Virus record (IMG/VR): IMGVR_UViG_3300017719_000004
Span: 18,644-82,643 of that record
DNA: 64,000 nt
Strand: one strand, 5' to 3'
DNA from: a virus
Taxonomy: Duplodnaviria; Caudoviricetes
In this document: in pieces, positions 17,732 through 26,139 of the stretch
Layout: each line of letters opens with the position of its first letter
How positions within the stretch are numbered: position 1 is the stretch's first letter
Program-made: the position numbers and the translations under genes
Notes under the pieces: model-generated
Database searches by the model: none
The model's input: the letters and a program-made list of their open reading frames with translations, nothing else
Told to the model about the DNA's origin: nothing

Positions 17732-20098
17732 TCAAACTCGACCAATAACTTCTTCAAAACTGACTCCGGTGCGGGTAGCAACGAATGTCAGACCGATGAA
17801 GTTAATCGACCTAGCAGGTTTGATAAAGATGTCAGCAACAAATTCGTTGTTGTCAATTACCGCAGCAGTGTTATTTGTCTCATCGCAAATTACTACGAAA
17901 TCGGTAACACCTCTCTTAGATTGTACATCGCGAAGGAAAGGTTCAACAATATTCAAGAAGTTGAGTCTCGTAATCTCATCGTTGAACTCAAAGAGTTGAT
18001 CTCTTGCAGCGGCTGAGATTGCTTTCTCTAAGTAAATAAACAGACGACGGACATTGATTCTGTCGAATGCTGAGGATTTACCAAGAGCTGTCTTATCACC
18101 GAAGAGGACAATACCAGCACCGGGCGAGAAGATTACAGGGTTAACTCTTGCGGAGTATAACTTATCTCTTTCAGCTTGTGAGGGGGTGTACGCTAATTTT
18201 ACAGCGTTGAGGATTGCGCCTCTTGTAGTTCCACCCGGCGAGAACCAGGGGAAGTTATTGATATCATTCCTAGCACAAAGGCCAGCAATATCACCATTAA
18301 GGGGTACATAACGGAACGCTTTACTAAAGCGATCATACATGTACTTATAACCACTATCAAGAATAGCGTAAGAAGATGAGGATACTGAAGAGTAGAATGC
18401 AGTTACAGCGGAAGTAACAGTATCGGAACTTAGCGTTAGGTCTTCTCCATCTCCAGATGTAGCAAGGAATGCTTGTCTATGGGGAGAGATGCATGCAACA
18501 CAATCTTTTCTAAGTTCTGCGACTGCAATTAGTTTATTTGCAAGAGCTTGTGATGCCTCTCTACCGTGAGCAGCAGATCCCATCATCAGGAAATCTAACT
18601 CGTATGCATCTTTATTTGCAAGAAGATCATAACCACTAGAAAGGTCTCCTACGCTTACGCTAAGAGCACCTGTACTATTGATTCCAGATTTGCCGCCGTA
18701 GTTAAGACCATTAGCAAATGATGCTTGATAGTTTCCGATGGAAGCGAAAGAAACATTCTCAGTGTCTTGATCCCATGCAACATCAGTCTTAGGATCAAAG
18801 TCTGCATCCAGGTCTGTTGTTACAATACCTGCAGGAGCTCCACCACCAAATGCATACTGACTAGCAACTTCAAGAAGTTTTCTCCAGTAAGAAGAAGAAC
18901 CAGCAGAGTATACGGAATCTTTTGCTTTAGATGCTGAGATATACTTCTCAAGAAGTGTACCAGCGTTACCGGTAATTTTACCAGCATCGTCAATTAGGGC
19001 AACATGAACTTCATCGTTCTTGGCGTTTCTAGCTGCAGCGAATGAAGAAGTACCGGGTCTATCTGCAAGGGAGTTCCAAGCAATTGTAGATCCGTTGCTA
19101 AGAGTGATGGTTTGACTATCGAACCAATCGGTAGCACCAGTGTAATCAATGTCTCCGTCATATGCTGCAGCTGCAGTCCAACGAGCATCTCCACTAGTAA
19201 TACCTGCACCAGTCAGAGCTGTGAAGAAATCACTGGATGCGAAACTAGAACCGTAAGCAACTGTTCCTGATACCCAACCATTTTTAGAAGCACCTACACT
19301 GGACTGAACATGCAGTGAGAATGAACCAGTGTTCTGGAATTCGTAAACTCCACCAGGAGTATACTCAACAGAAGTTTCTGTTCCAGCAGAACTGACATGT
19401 GATACAAGCTTGACTGAAACTTGACCCGAACCAACTTCTGTGATTACACCCTTAAGGTATCCATCAAGCAGTGAGGTAGCGCCAACACCAGCAACAACTG
19501 TTCCAGCAGGTACTGCCTGAGTGACACCCAGACCTACAGTCAGATCAATATCTGAAATACCGTTTTCGTATCCGGCAACAGCAGCAAGACCGCCATTAGC
19601 AGTAGAAGAAAATCCAAGAACAGCACTAGTGTCAACACCAGTGATGACTTGATCTGCAAGACCGTCTAGAACGGCAACCTTAATTCCATTTGCCCAGGAA
19701 CCAGGGTTTCTAGCAGCAAGAACAACATTACTAATGTTGTTTTCAGAATATCCTTTATTGATATAATCGTCTACGCTTTTAATCGTGACGCTGCTAGCAG
19801 TACCAACAAAGGAGTTCTTGAGCTCTGTATCGTTAGATCTAACAACGCGAAGTACGCCGCCATATGCTAGGTACGATGAAGCTGTCAACCAATATTCGTA
19901 GTGGTTGCTGTCTTTGTATGGTGAACCGAAGGTCTCTAGAAGATCCGCCTCGGTTTCGATAAGTGTGGGTTTCTCGACTGGTCCTTTTGCAAAGGGAGCT
20001 ACGATACCTGCAGCTAGAGTAGAAGTGGGGTCTACTCTACCTTGGGTTAGGTCAACTTCCTTTACGACAATTCCAGGAGATGCTAGGTTGAGCGGCAT
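17732..20098 (-). CDS. gp18: tail sheath protein gp18
   Basis: LASPGIVVKEVDLT, PWFSPGG, FDRINVRRLF, IKPARSINFI; late promoter CTAAATA at 20135-20141. Confidence 0.98.
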   Translation of the reverse strand: MPLNLASPGIVVKEVDLTQGRVDPTSTLAAGIVAPFAKGPVEKPTLIETEADLLETFGSPYKDSNHYEYWLTASSYLAYGGVLRVVRSNDTELKNSFVGTASSVTIKSVDDYINKGYSENNISNVVLAARNPGSWANGIKVAVLDGLADQVITGVDTSAVLGFSSTANGGLAAVAGYENGISDIDLTVGLGVTQAVPAGTVVAGVGATSLLDGYLKGVITEVGSGQVSVKLVSHVSSAGTETSVEYTPGGVYEFQNTGSFSLHVQSSVGASKNGWVSGTVAYGSSFASSDFFTALTGAGITSGDARWTAAAAYDGDIDYTGATDWFDSQTITLSNGSTIAWNSLADRPGTSSFAAARNAKNDEVHVALIDDAGKITGNAGTLLEKYISASKAKDSVYSAGSSSYWRKLLEVASQYAFGGGAPAGIVTTDLDADFDPKTDVAWDQDTENVSFASIGNYQASFANGLNYGGKSGINSTGALSVSVGDLSSGYDLLANKDAYELDFLMMGSAAHGREASQALANKLIAVAELRKDCVACISPHRQAFLATSGDGEDLTLSSDTVTSAVTAFYSSVSSSSYAILDSGYKYMYDRFSKAFRYVPLNGDIAGLCARNDINNFPWFSPGGTTRGAILNAVKLAYTPSQAERDKLYSARVNPVIFSPGAGIVLFGDKTALGKSSAFDRINVRRLFIYLEKAISAAARDQLFEFNDEITRLNFLNIVEPFLRDVQSKRGVTDFVVICDETNNTAAVIDNNEFVADIFIKPARSINFIGLTFVATRTGVSFEEVIGRV

Positions 20099-20180
20099 CT
20101 TTAACTCCCAATAGAATCCAATTTTGTCTACTAATATTTAGAGTTTAGACCTTTTTGAGTGGGGAAACCATACATGAACA

Positions 20181-20411
20181 CTACCAATCTGGATAGCACC
20201 AATACAATAATCTATCTTTTTGTTTCCTTGTCATAACTACTCTTTCTTTAGTGCATGACTTGCATTCATATGAATATGCTGATGGAGAATCACCTCTATC
20301 TTTATGAGTTCTATAAAAATCATTCATCAAATCTTTCATCTTATTGCAAGTCCTACATTTCCTTTCAGAAAGATATAGATGACCTAACTCAAATTCATCA
20401 TCTAGTTCCAT
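20181..20411 (-). CDS. small zinc-finger protein
   Basis: CRTC...CKSC; probable start MELDDEF, overlapping the gp17 stop. Confidence 0.75.
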   Translation of the reverse strand: MELDDEFELGHLYLSERKCRTCNKMKDLMNDFYRTHKDRGDSPSAYSYECKSCTKERVVMTRKQKDRLLYWCYPDW

Positions 20412-22075
20412 CAATTGTAATCCCACATATAAGACATGTCACCATATGTTGATGACATCTCCTTATCTACAGTCCACCTATCTCCACCTTCAACAAATGA
20501 CTCATCATCTAATCCATCACTGATAAATCCAAAAGGTGCCATATCTTGTTCGATCTGATCTTTCTGATCTTCATAGATTCTCTTGCGGACATCATTGTCC
20601 GTCATCTCTCTGAAGTAATCTTGAGCCACTAACCATGCAAAAATAACCAAACACATTGCAAGGTCATCGTGACATCCATCTTCCGCTTCCCACGATTGTT
20701 TTTTCTGAATAAATGTTGTCAATTCTGCAATGATATCATAATCACTGGTTACTAGCTTATCTTCTTCTATTAATGCCTTTAGATTTGAACAACCAGTCTT
20801 CTTTACAGCAGCAGTCATTCGGACACCCAGTTGGGTTTTCTTACCACTGAAACCTGTACCTACTTGTTGACCTGCTCTACCTCTCATAGAGCACATCAGC
20901 ATATTCTCATATTCTAGATCGTATTGTAAAATTGATGAAACCTGTTCTCCAATATCATTAACCTCAACCAATACATAAGCATTGTTATAAGCTTTCGCCA
21001 TATCCAAAATAATATTTGGGAATAGCATGGGCTTAATTTCATTATTCTTATATCTTGCTACAGTTTTATATGGGAACTCTGAAATATCAAAAATTACAAA
21101 TGCCGAATAGTCATGATCAATGCCACGCGCAGTGTCAACAGTTACGATATAATCACGATCCTTCTGTGGTTTTTCATATACCACGAGTCCCTTTCCATTA
21201 TTCTGTATTGGATCGTCAAAAACAAGGTTTCTTAATTTAGCAACACTAATCAAAGTGTCAACAGATCCAAGGAATTCACACTCAAACTCAACTTTGAACT
21301 GCTGATCTGAGGTGTTGGCAATGGTCTGTGCTTTCCATTTAGCATCCCTACCAGGGACTTCAGACCAGTGAACTTCTGTAGCCGTATATTCGTTCTTCCC
21401 TCTCTGTGCATCGTGCCAGTATCTGTAAAAATGGTTCATGCCGTGAGGCGTTGAAACCATGATTACCTTTGTGCTTTTACCAGAAGTAATAGTAGGATAA
21501 ACAGAGGCAAAGAACGACTCTGCAATATGATTTGGAACGAACGCAAACTCATCGAGGAAGATGATATTAAACGACATACCTCGGACAGCACTTGCAGATG
21601 TAGATGCTGCCAATATCTTACTGCCATTTTCTAGCTCCATGCTGCCTTTATTCCAGGATAGAATACCCTGTTGCATCCACTTTGGCAAGTTCTCGTATGC
21701 AGTTTGTAACCTACTTAAAAGCTCTCTTGCTGTTGCTGCTTTGTTGGCAAGTATACCGACATTGACACTATCGTTAAAAACAATGAAATGTAAAAGATAA
21801 GATACGCAAGTTGTAGACTTACCAGTCTGTCTTGGCATCTTACAGATATTAAATCGTTTCTCATGGAAGTTGCGGATTAATTTTTCTTGAAATCCCCACA
21901 TCTTAAAAGGTACAAGACCTTCATCCAGAGAAACAATTTTTACATAGTTCTTTGCAAAATATACTGGGTCATCTTTACATTTTAAATATTCTTTGACATC
22001 TTCTTTGGAAAATTCTACAGAAGTATTTGCTTTTTTTAGGTTAGGATTACCTAAGTAAATTTCATTTGAAGACAT
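20411..22075 (-). CDS. gp17: terminase large subunit gp17
   Basis: PRQTGKST Walker A, IFLDEFAF, STPHG, HDDLAMCL. Confidence 0.98.
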   Translation of the reverse strand: MSSNEIYLGNPNLKKANTSVEFSKEDVKEYLKCKDDPVYFAKNYVKIVSLDEGLVPFKMWGFQEKLIRNFHEKRFNICKMPRQTGKSTTCVSYLLHFIVFNDSVNVGILANKAATARELLSRLQTAYENLPKWMQQGILSWNKGSMELENGSKILAASTSASAVRGMSFNIIFLDEFAFVPNHIAESFFASVYPTITSGKSTKVIMVSTPHGMNHFYRYWHDAQRGKNEYTATEVHWSEVPGRDAKWKAQTIANTSDQQFKVEFECEFLGSVDTLISVAKLRNLVFDDPIQNNGKGLVVYEKPQKDRDYIVTVDTARGIDHDYSAFVIFDISEFPYKTVARYKNNEIKPMLFPNIILDMAKAYNNAYVLVEVNDIGEQVSSILQYDLEYENMLMCSMRGRAGQQVGTGFSGKKTQLGVRMTAAVKKTGCSNLKALIEEDKLVTSDYDIIAELTTFIQKKQSWEAEDGCHDDLAMCLVIFAWLVAQDYFREMTDNDVRKRIYEDQKDQIEQDMAPFGFISDGLDDESFVEGGDRWTVDKEMSSTYGDMSYMWDYN

Positions 22076-22158
22076 TATTTTCTATAAGGTAGTGGCCAAG
22101 TAATATGCATTGCAAAGCATAGCAATGAGACAAAAGAAAATACAAATATTACACTCAT
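22075..22158 (-). CDS. 27-aa hydrophobic peptide (not in ORF track)
   Basis: MSVIFVFSFVSLLCFAMHITWPLPYRK; ATGA and TAATG overlaps at its two ends. Confidence 0.6.
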   Translation of the reverse strand: MSVIFVFSFVSLLCFAMHITWPLPYRK

Positions 22159-22322
22159 GATCTTAATTTTATATCGCAGGTTAGTTCGCAGTTTTCGCCT
22201 TGAAACTCAGAGTCTGGGATAAAGGGAGCAGATCCACAGACAGCACTTCTACACCACCGTGTTATGTCACTTTCATATTTCTTTTCAGTATTATTTTGCT
22301 CACCCATTCGATTCTCTTTCAT
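22155..22322 (-). CDS. 55-aa Cys-containing protein (not in ORF track)
   Basis: MKENRMGEQNNTEKKYESDITRWCRSAVCGSAPFIPDSEFQGENCELTCDIKLRS; alternative start at 22307. Confidence 0.6.
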   Translation of the reverse strand: MKENRMGEQNNTEKKYESDITRWCRSAVCGSAPFIPDSEFQGENCELTCDIKLRS

Positions 22323-22440
22323 CAACTCCTAGTATATAGTAGATACAATAGAATGCCCCTGCGAGAGCAAGTGCTACCATAAAGATCACTGACCATACAG
22401 GATCGTTTACATTAGTATGTGGTTGTAATAGTAAATTCAT
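22300..22440 (-). CDS. 46-aa single-TM peptide (not in ORF track)
   Basis: MNLLLQPHTNVNDPVWSVIFMVALALAGAFYCIYYILGVDERESNG; ATGA overlap with the upstream gene. Confidence 0.7.
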   Translation of the reverse strand: MNLLLQPHTNVNDPVWSVIFMVALALAGAFYCIYYILGVDERESNG

Positions 22441-24476
22441 GATTTTAACCACCTAAGTCTAGAAGTATCTTTCCGTTTTTCTTTCATTAGAAATCTATTA
22501 AAAGACTTCCCACCATGCTCCTTAATTTTAACACGCTTATTCTTATGATCACCACCAAATAATTTACCATAGGTAATCACTGGTTTAGGATCTTTAAATG
22601 TTTTGGGGTCAGACAGTTCAAGATTTCTCTTCAAAAGTTTTTTAACTCTTGAAGTCTGCTCTACATTTTCTGGGAATTGATTATCAACATACGCATCATG
22701 ATAAACATTAGTAGCTCGATTTTTTATTTCTTGCTCTTTATATTTCTTTTGATCTGGGGGTAGTGCTGCAATTTCTAAAGCAGAAGTAACCTCAAATAAC
22801 AATACTCTTTTGATTGGTTTGGGAAGTGCTTCTAAAACTTTAGATATAGATTCCATATTATTTTGATTCGTGGGTTTTTTATTTTTACTTTTCCACTTTT
22901 CAATCAGAGTAGATTCTTTGACATTGAAGTTTGATCCCATCTTTTTTGCACCACCTTTGATAACTGTCTCAAAGTGAACTACCGGAGCTTTTCTTCCTGG
23001 GAGACTGGCGGTTTGACCACCTGATGCTACCCCAGACGCAAGAGCTCCAACAGGACCTAACTGATCGAAAATTGTTTGTACCTCTTTACTCCATTCTGAT
23101 CCATTACCACCTAGAGCATTTACAAGCATTTCAGTTGCACCAGCAACTTGTTTAACTATTGGTTTATTGGCAATGTCTGCACTATCTCCAAATCCATAGG
23201 TATCTTGAAGTACGATATCATCTCCACGAATTACAGCACTTTGAATATTATTATGGGTTCCTTTTAAACCAAGATTACTACTGCTTGATGTAGACTTATT
23301 AATGTAGTCTTTTAAGCTCCCATCAACTGTGGGATTGTAATTGTTTACAGCATCTTGAAGTGCATTCATAGAACTAGGTGATAACTTAGTTTGAATTGGA
23401 TTAGATGCAGAACCAGAAGCTCCATCCGCTATAGTTGCACGAACCTCACCGGATTTAGCTGGTATAATATTTCCTTCTGCTGCATTTTTCTGCAATACCT
23501 CTTGGGTCTGACCAAGCAATCCAATCCCATCAATAATTCCACTCACTGCATCTGCAATAGGTCCAGAAACATCTGATATACCTGAGGATTCTAAAGCATC
23601 TCCAATTGCATTTTCCATATCACTAAGAGTATTTACAATATTCATACCAATATCACCAACTGCGGATTTTAGAGACTCAAACATCCCCTTAATTGCCCCA
23701 GGATAATAACTTGGATCGCCAATACCATCCCGACTTATAACCGAAGCGACTCTTTTTGATTGCGATCTTACACCTACATCAGTCATTACTGGATGTCCTT
23801 TGGGAATCCCACTCCCATCAACTGGAATCAATAATGAATACGCATATAAAACTCTTGATGCATGGGGTGCAACATTACTTGTACCAGGTGGGTAATATGC
23901 GGCACCACCTCTGCACTGACCAAGCAAACAATCTATACCCGACCACATGTAAATTGTTTTTTGTGTAAAATTTCCTTCTGAGTAAGCTTGAGCAAATTTT
24001 CTAGCAAACTCATTATAACTTACACCAAAAACATTACTCAATTGATATACATGGTTATACCCATTCTCATTAATATACCCAAGAGAAGTTCCAGTCAATG
24101 CCATACTACCAGAAAATGCCATAGCATATGGTGTTCCATTATAGTTACTGCCATCACTGGTTTCAATTTGAGGCATTTCTAATCTAGGTTGGGTAACCCC
24201 ATTAATATCTGTAGTCTGCAATTGACTAAGATTTGGAAGAACACCCGGAGTACCATCTCCTTGAGCTGCACTATCCCATACAAAAGAACTTAGGTCAGAA
24301 AAATCACCAAGAGGTGCTGGCTCAAATGTTGGTCCAACCTCAAGCACTTCGGGGGATGTATCCACTACAGAATACATACCGCCTGTTACCATCTTCTCTT
24401 TAAGAAAAGCAATCTTCTCATCAATTTTAACAAGTGGTTTTGTGTATCGTATTGCTTTTTGATATCTATTCATCAC
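22437..24476 (-). CDS. 679-aa hypothetical protein, possible internal/ejected virion protein
   Basis: Long ORF with its own late promoter (CTAAATA ~24495-24501), Gly/Ser/Ala-rich core and Lys-rich C-terminus. Confidence 0.7.
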   Translation of the reverse strand: MMNRYQKAIRYTKPLVKIDEKIAFLKEKMVTGGMYSVVDTSPEVLEVGPTFEPAPLGDFSDLSSFVWDSAAQGDGTPGVLPNLSQLQTTDINGVTQPRLEMPQIETSDGSNYNGTPYAMAFSGSMALTGTSLGYINENGYNHVYQLSNVFGVSYNEFARKFAQAYSEGNFTQKTIYMWSGIDCLLGQCRGGAAYYPPGTSNVAPHASRVLYAYSLLIPVDGSGIPKGHPVMTDVGVRSQSKRVASVISRDGIGDPSYYPGAIKGMFESLKSAVGDIGMNIVNTLSDMENAIGDALESSGISDVSGPIADAVSGIIDGIGLLGQTQEVLQKNAAEGNIIPAKSGEVRATIADGASGSASNPIQTKLSPSSMNALQDAVNNYNPTVDGSLKDYINKSTSSSSNLGLKGTHNNIQSAVIRGDDIVLQDTYGFGDSADIANKPIVKQVAGATEMLVNALGGNGSEWSKEVQTIFDQLGPVGALASGVASGGQTASLPGRKAPVVHFETVIKGGAKKMGSNFNVKESTLIEKWKSKNKKPTNQNNMESISKVLEALPKPIKRVLLFEVTSALEIAALPPDQKKYKEQEIKNRATNVYHDAYVDNQFPENVEQTSRVKKLLKRNLELSDPKTFKDPKPVITYGKLFGGDHKNKRVKIKEHGGKSFNRFLMKEKRKDTSRLRWLKS

Positions 24477-24493
24477 AACAAGTGACTTTATAA

Positions 24494-24673
24494 TTATTTA
24501 GATACCCTTCTAGGTTTATTAAATGGTTCCCAGTGCTGCCATCCATATCTATGTACTAAATCCATCCCTACAATAGGTACAATAATTAGTAAAAGACTTA
24601 ATGCTCCAATTCCAAAAGGATTGTTAAGTGTGGCAGCAGCAAAATGTGCTGCCTTGAGTGCTGCACTGGTCAT
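24494..24673 (-). CDS. 59-aa membrane peptide (not in ORF track)
   Basis: MTSAALKAAHFAAATLNNPFGIGALSLLLIIVPIVGMDLVHRYGWQHWEPFNKPRRVSK; ATGA overlap. Confidence 0.75.
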   Translation of the reverse strand: MTSAALKAAHFAAATLNNPFGIGALSLLLIIVPIVGMDLVHRYGWQHWEPFNKPRRVSK

Positions 24674-24885
24674 ACATACCCTCCCCAGGTTTTCCAGAAG
24701 TCTAAAAAGTAAAAGTTAATCTCACTTATAGTTCCATTAGGTGCTTCTTCATTCTCAGTCTCAGACCACTTTTTACAGAATCTAGAAATATCATCTGAAG
24801 CCATTACATGATTTACGCCAAACATTCTAGAGAATGCACTCATAGCAAAATCATAACGCAGTTTAATGTGCCGTTCCATTTCCAT
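24670..24885 (-). CDS. conserved hypothetical protein (~70 aa)
   Basis: MEMERHIKLRYDFAMSAFSRMFGV...; the track's longer N-terminus overlaps ndhP in another frame, so the start is shortened. Confidence 0.65.
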   Translation of the reverse strand: MEMERHIKLRYDFAMSAFSRMFGVNHVMASDDISRFCKKWSETENEEAPNGTISEINFYFLDFWKTWGGYV

Positions 24886-25000
24886 CATAATCATCGCTTT
24901 CATAATAAAAATTTTCTCCCCGATACAATGCGAAGAATACTGTCGATAATACAAATGGGATTGAAATCCACAGTAATATGTGTCCGAATAATCCACTCAT
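24863..25000 (-). CDS. ndhP: NDH-1 small subunit NdhP homologue (not in ORF track)
   Basis: MSGLFGHILLWISIPFVLSTVFFALYRGENFYYESDDYDGNGTAH: one TM helix plus the C-terminal Y-x-[ST]-D-x-Y-x-G-N-G-[ST]-A-H tail characteristic of cyanobacterial NdhP. Confidence 0.85.
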   Translation of the reverse strand: MSGLFGHILLWISIPFVLSTVFFALYRGENFYYESDDYDGNGTAH

Positions 25001-25188
25001 AGCTTTAATTCTAACCAAGGTAATAGTGGTGGTATTATGCCTATAAGTCTAAGGAGACCCTCAGCAAATAAAGCGAGAACAACCCAACCAACACACATAG
25101 AAATAATTGAAGCATTACGGTTGTGTCTACGAATTGCGTCATCGATCATCCCCTGACATTGTTCTTTTGTTATGTAACTTTTGGACAT
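24997..25188 (-). CDS. 63-aa membrane protein
   Basis: DDAIRRHNRNAS followed by a hydrophobic helix; lies between petE and ndhP. Confidence 0.75.
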   Translation of the reverse strand: MSKSYITKEQCQGMIDDAIRRHNRNASIISMCVGWVVLALFAEGLLRLIGIIPPLLPWLELKL

Positions 25189-25512
25189 TTACTCCACATG
25201 AATTACGCCTGTCATGCCTGCACCTTGGTGAGGACCACAGAAGAAATTATAGTCACCTTTATCGGCAAATACAACATCTTGTGATTCGCCAGGAGCAAAC
25301 AGTAGTGCTTCTCTTGAAAGATCCGCACGACCTTCGACAATAATGTTATGAGGAGGTAGAGCCTCATTAACAAAATGAACTGTGTCACCTGCAGAGATTG
25401 TGATCTCATTCGGTTCAAATACTAAGTTTCCACCAGCACCCATAGAGACATCAACTGCCCATGCAGGAATAGCAAAAAAGAATGTAACTAGAAAGAAACA
25501 AATAGCTCTCAT
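25189..25512 (-). CDS. petE: plastocyanin
   Basis: Signal peptide ending AWA; LVFEP; PPHN; C-G-P-H-Q-G-A-G-M type-1 copper ligands. Confidence 0.96.
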   Translation of the reverse strand: MRAICFFLVTFFFAIPAWAVDVSMGAGGNLVFEPNEITISAGDTVHFVNEALPPHNIIVEGRADLSREALLFAPGESQDVVFADKGDYNFFCGPHQGAGMTGVIHVE

Positions 25513-25583
25513 TGAGTATTATGCAACTGTACTATCTAGCACATTCTTAGTAGTTTATTCCTAAAATTATTAGGGTTTCAGAA

Positions 25584-25883
25584 CTAAAAACCCATCTCCT
25601 CTCCGAAGTCTCTCATCTTCTCCATAGACTCTCTTTTCTCTTTAATTGCACCAGCAATAAATCCCGCTCTATATTCCCAAGTAGTTCCACCTTCTATTCC
25701 TTTCGATGGATTGATACAAGTGCCATCACCTAGTTTATTGCAAACAAGACCAGCAAGATCTAATTCACTGCCTTCGTTAGCAGTTCCTCTCCAGATATGA
25801 TTTCCATTGATCCAAGTAGCACCACATTTAGGACATTCTTTTCTCTCAAGTTTTAGATTTGACAGCTCCTTATTATCAGACAT
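25584..25883 (-). CDS. Cys-containing hypothetical protein
   Basis: CPKCGATWING...LAGLVCN...CINP. Confidence 0.75.
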   Translation of the reverse strand: MSDNKELSNLKLERKECPKCGATWINGNHIWRGTANEGSELDLAGLVCNKLGDGTCINPSKGIEGGTTWEYRAGFIAGAIKEKRESMEKMRDFGEEMGF

Positions 25884-26070
25884 TGTTGTCCCTCCGGGTA
25901 AAAAATCCCAATTCTTTTTCTAACTTTCTTTTCATAAAATATAGTCTTACTTTTATAAATGCATATCTGATAGTAAGATCAATATAATGGATTAGCTTCA
26001 TCGTTTCCTCTATGCCCCCATAGGCAATGAGTAAAACGAAACATGCTACTAGTAGATAAAATCCTATCAT
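25876..26070 (-). CDS. 64-aa protein with N-terminal TM helix
   Basis: Hydrophobic N-terminus; promoter at 26093-26122. Confidence 0.7.
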   Translation of the reverse strand: MIGFYLLVACFVLLIAYGGIEETMKLIHYIDLTIRYAFIKVRLYFMKRKLEKELGFFTRRDNNV

Positions 26071-26092
26071 AAGAAAGTATCAATACTATACC

Positions 26093-26122
26093 ATTATACG
26101 GTTATTTAGAGGCACTTGTCCA
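26093..26122 (-). promoter_or_regulatory. composite sigma70-like and late promoter
   Basis: TGGACA-18 nt-TATAAT with CTAAATA (26103-26109) inside the spacer. Confidence 0.55.
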
Positions 26123-26139
26123 TACATCAAAAGTTTTTA

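Noticed and set aside
11681-22075. Introns, inteins or homing endonucleases in gp17, gp18, gp20 and gp23
   Set aside because: The ORFs are continuous and of usual cyanophage length, with no splice motifs seen.
24886-24996. N-terminal part of the 108-aa track ORF
   Set aside because: The region encodes NdhP in another frame.
11560-26090. GTA...TAC pairs upstream of the 58-aa gene, petE and the 64-aa gene as NtcA sites
   Set aside because: Spacers are N11, N11 and N9, not the N8 required for NtcA.
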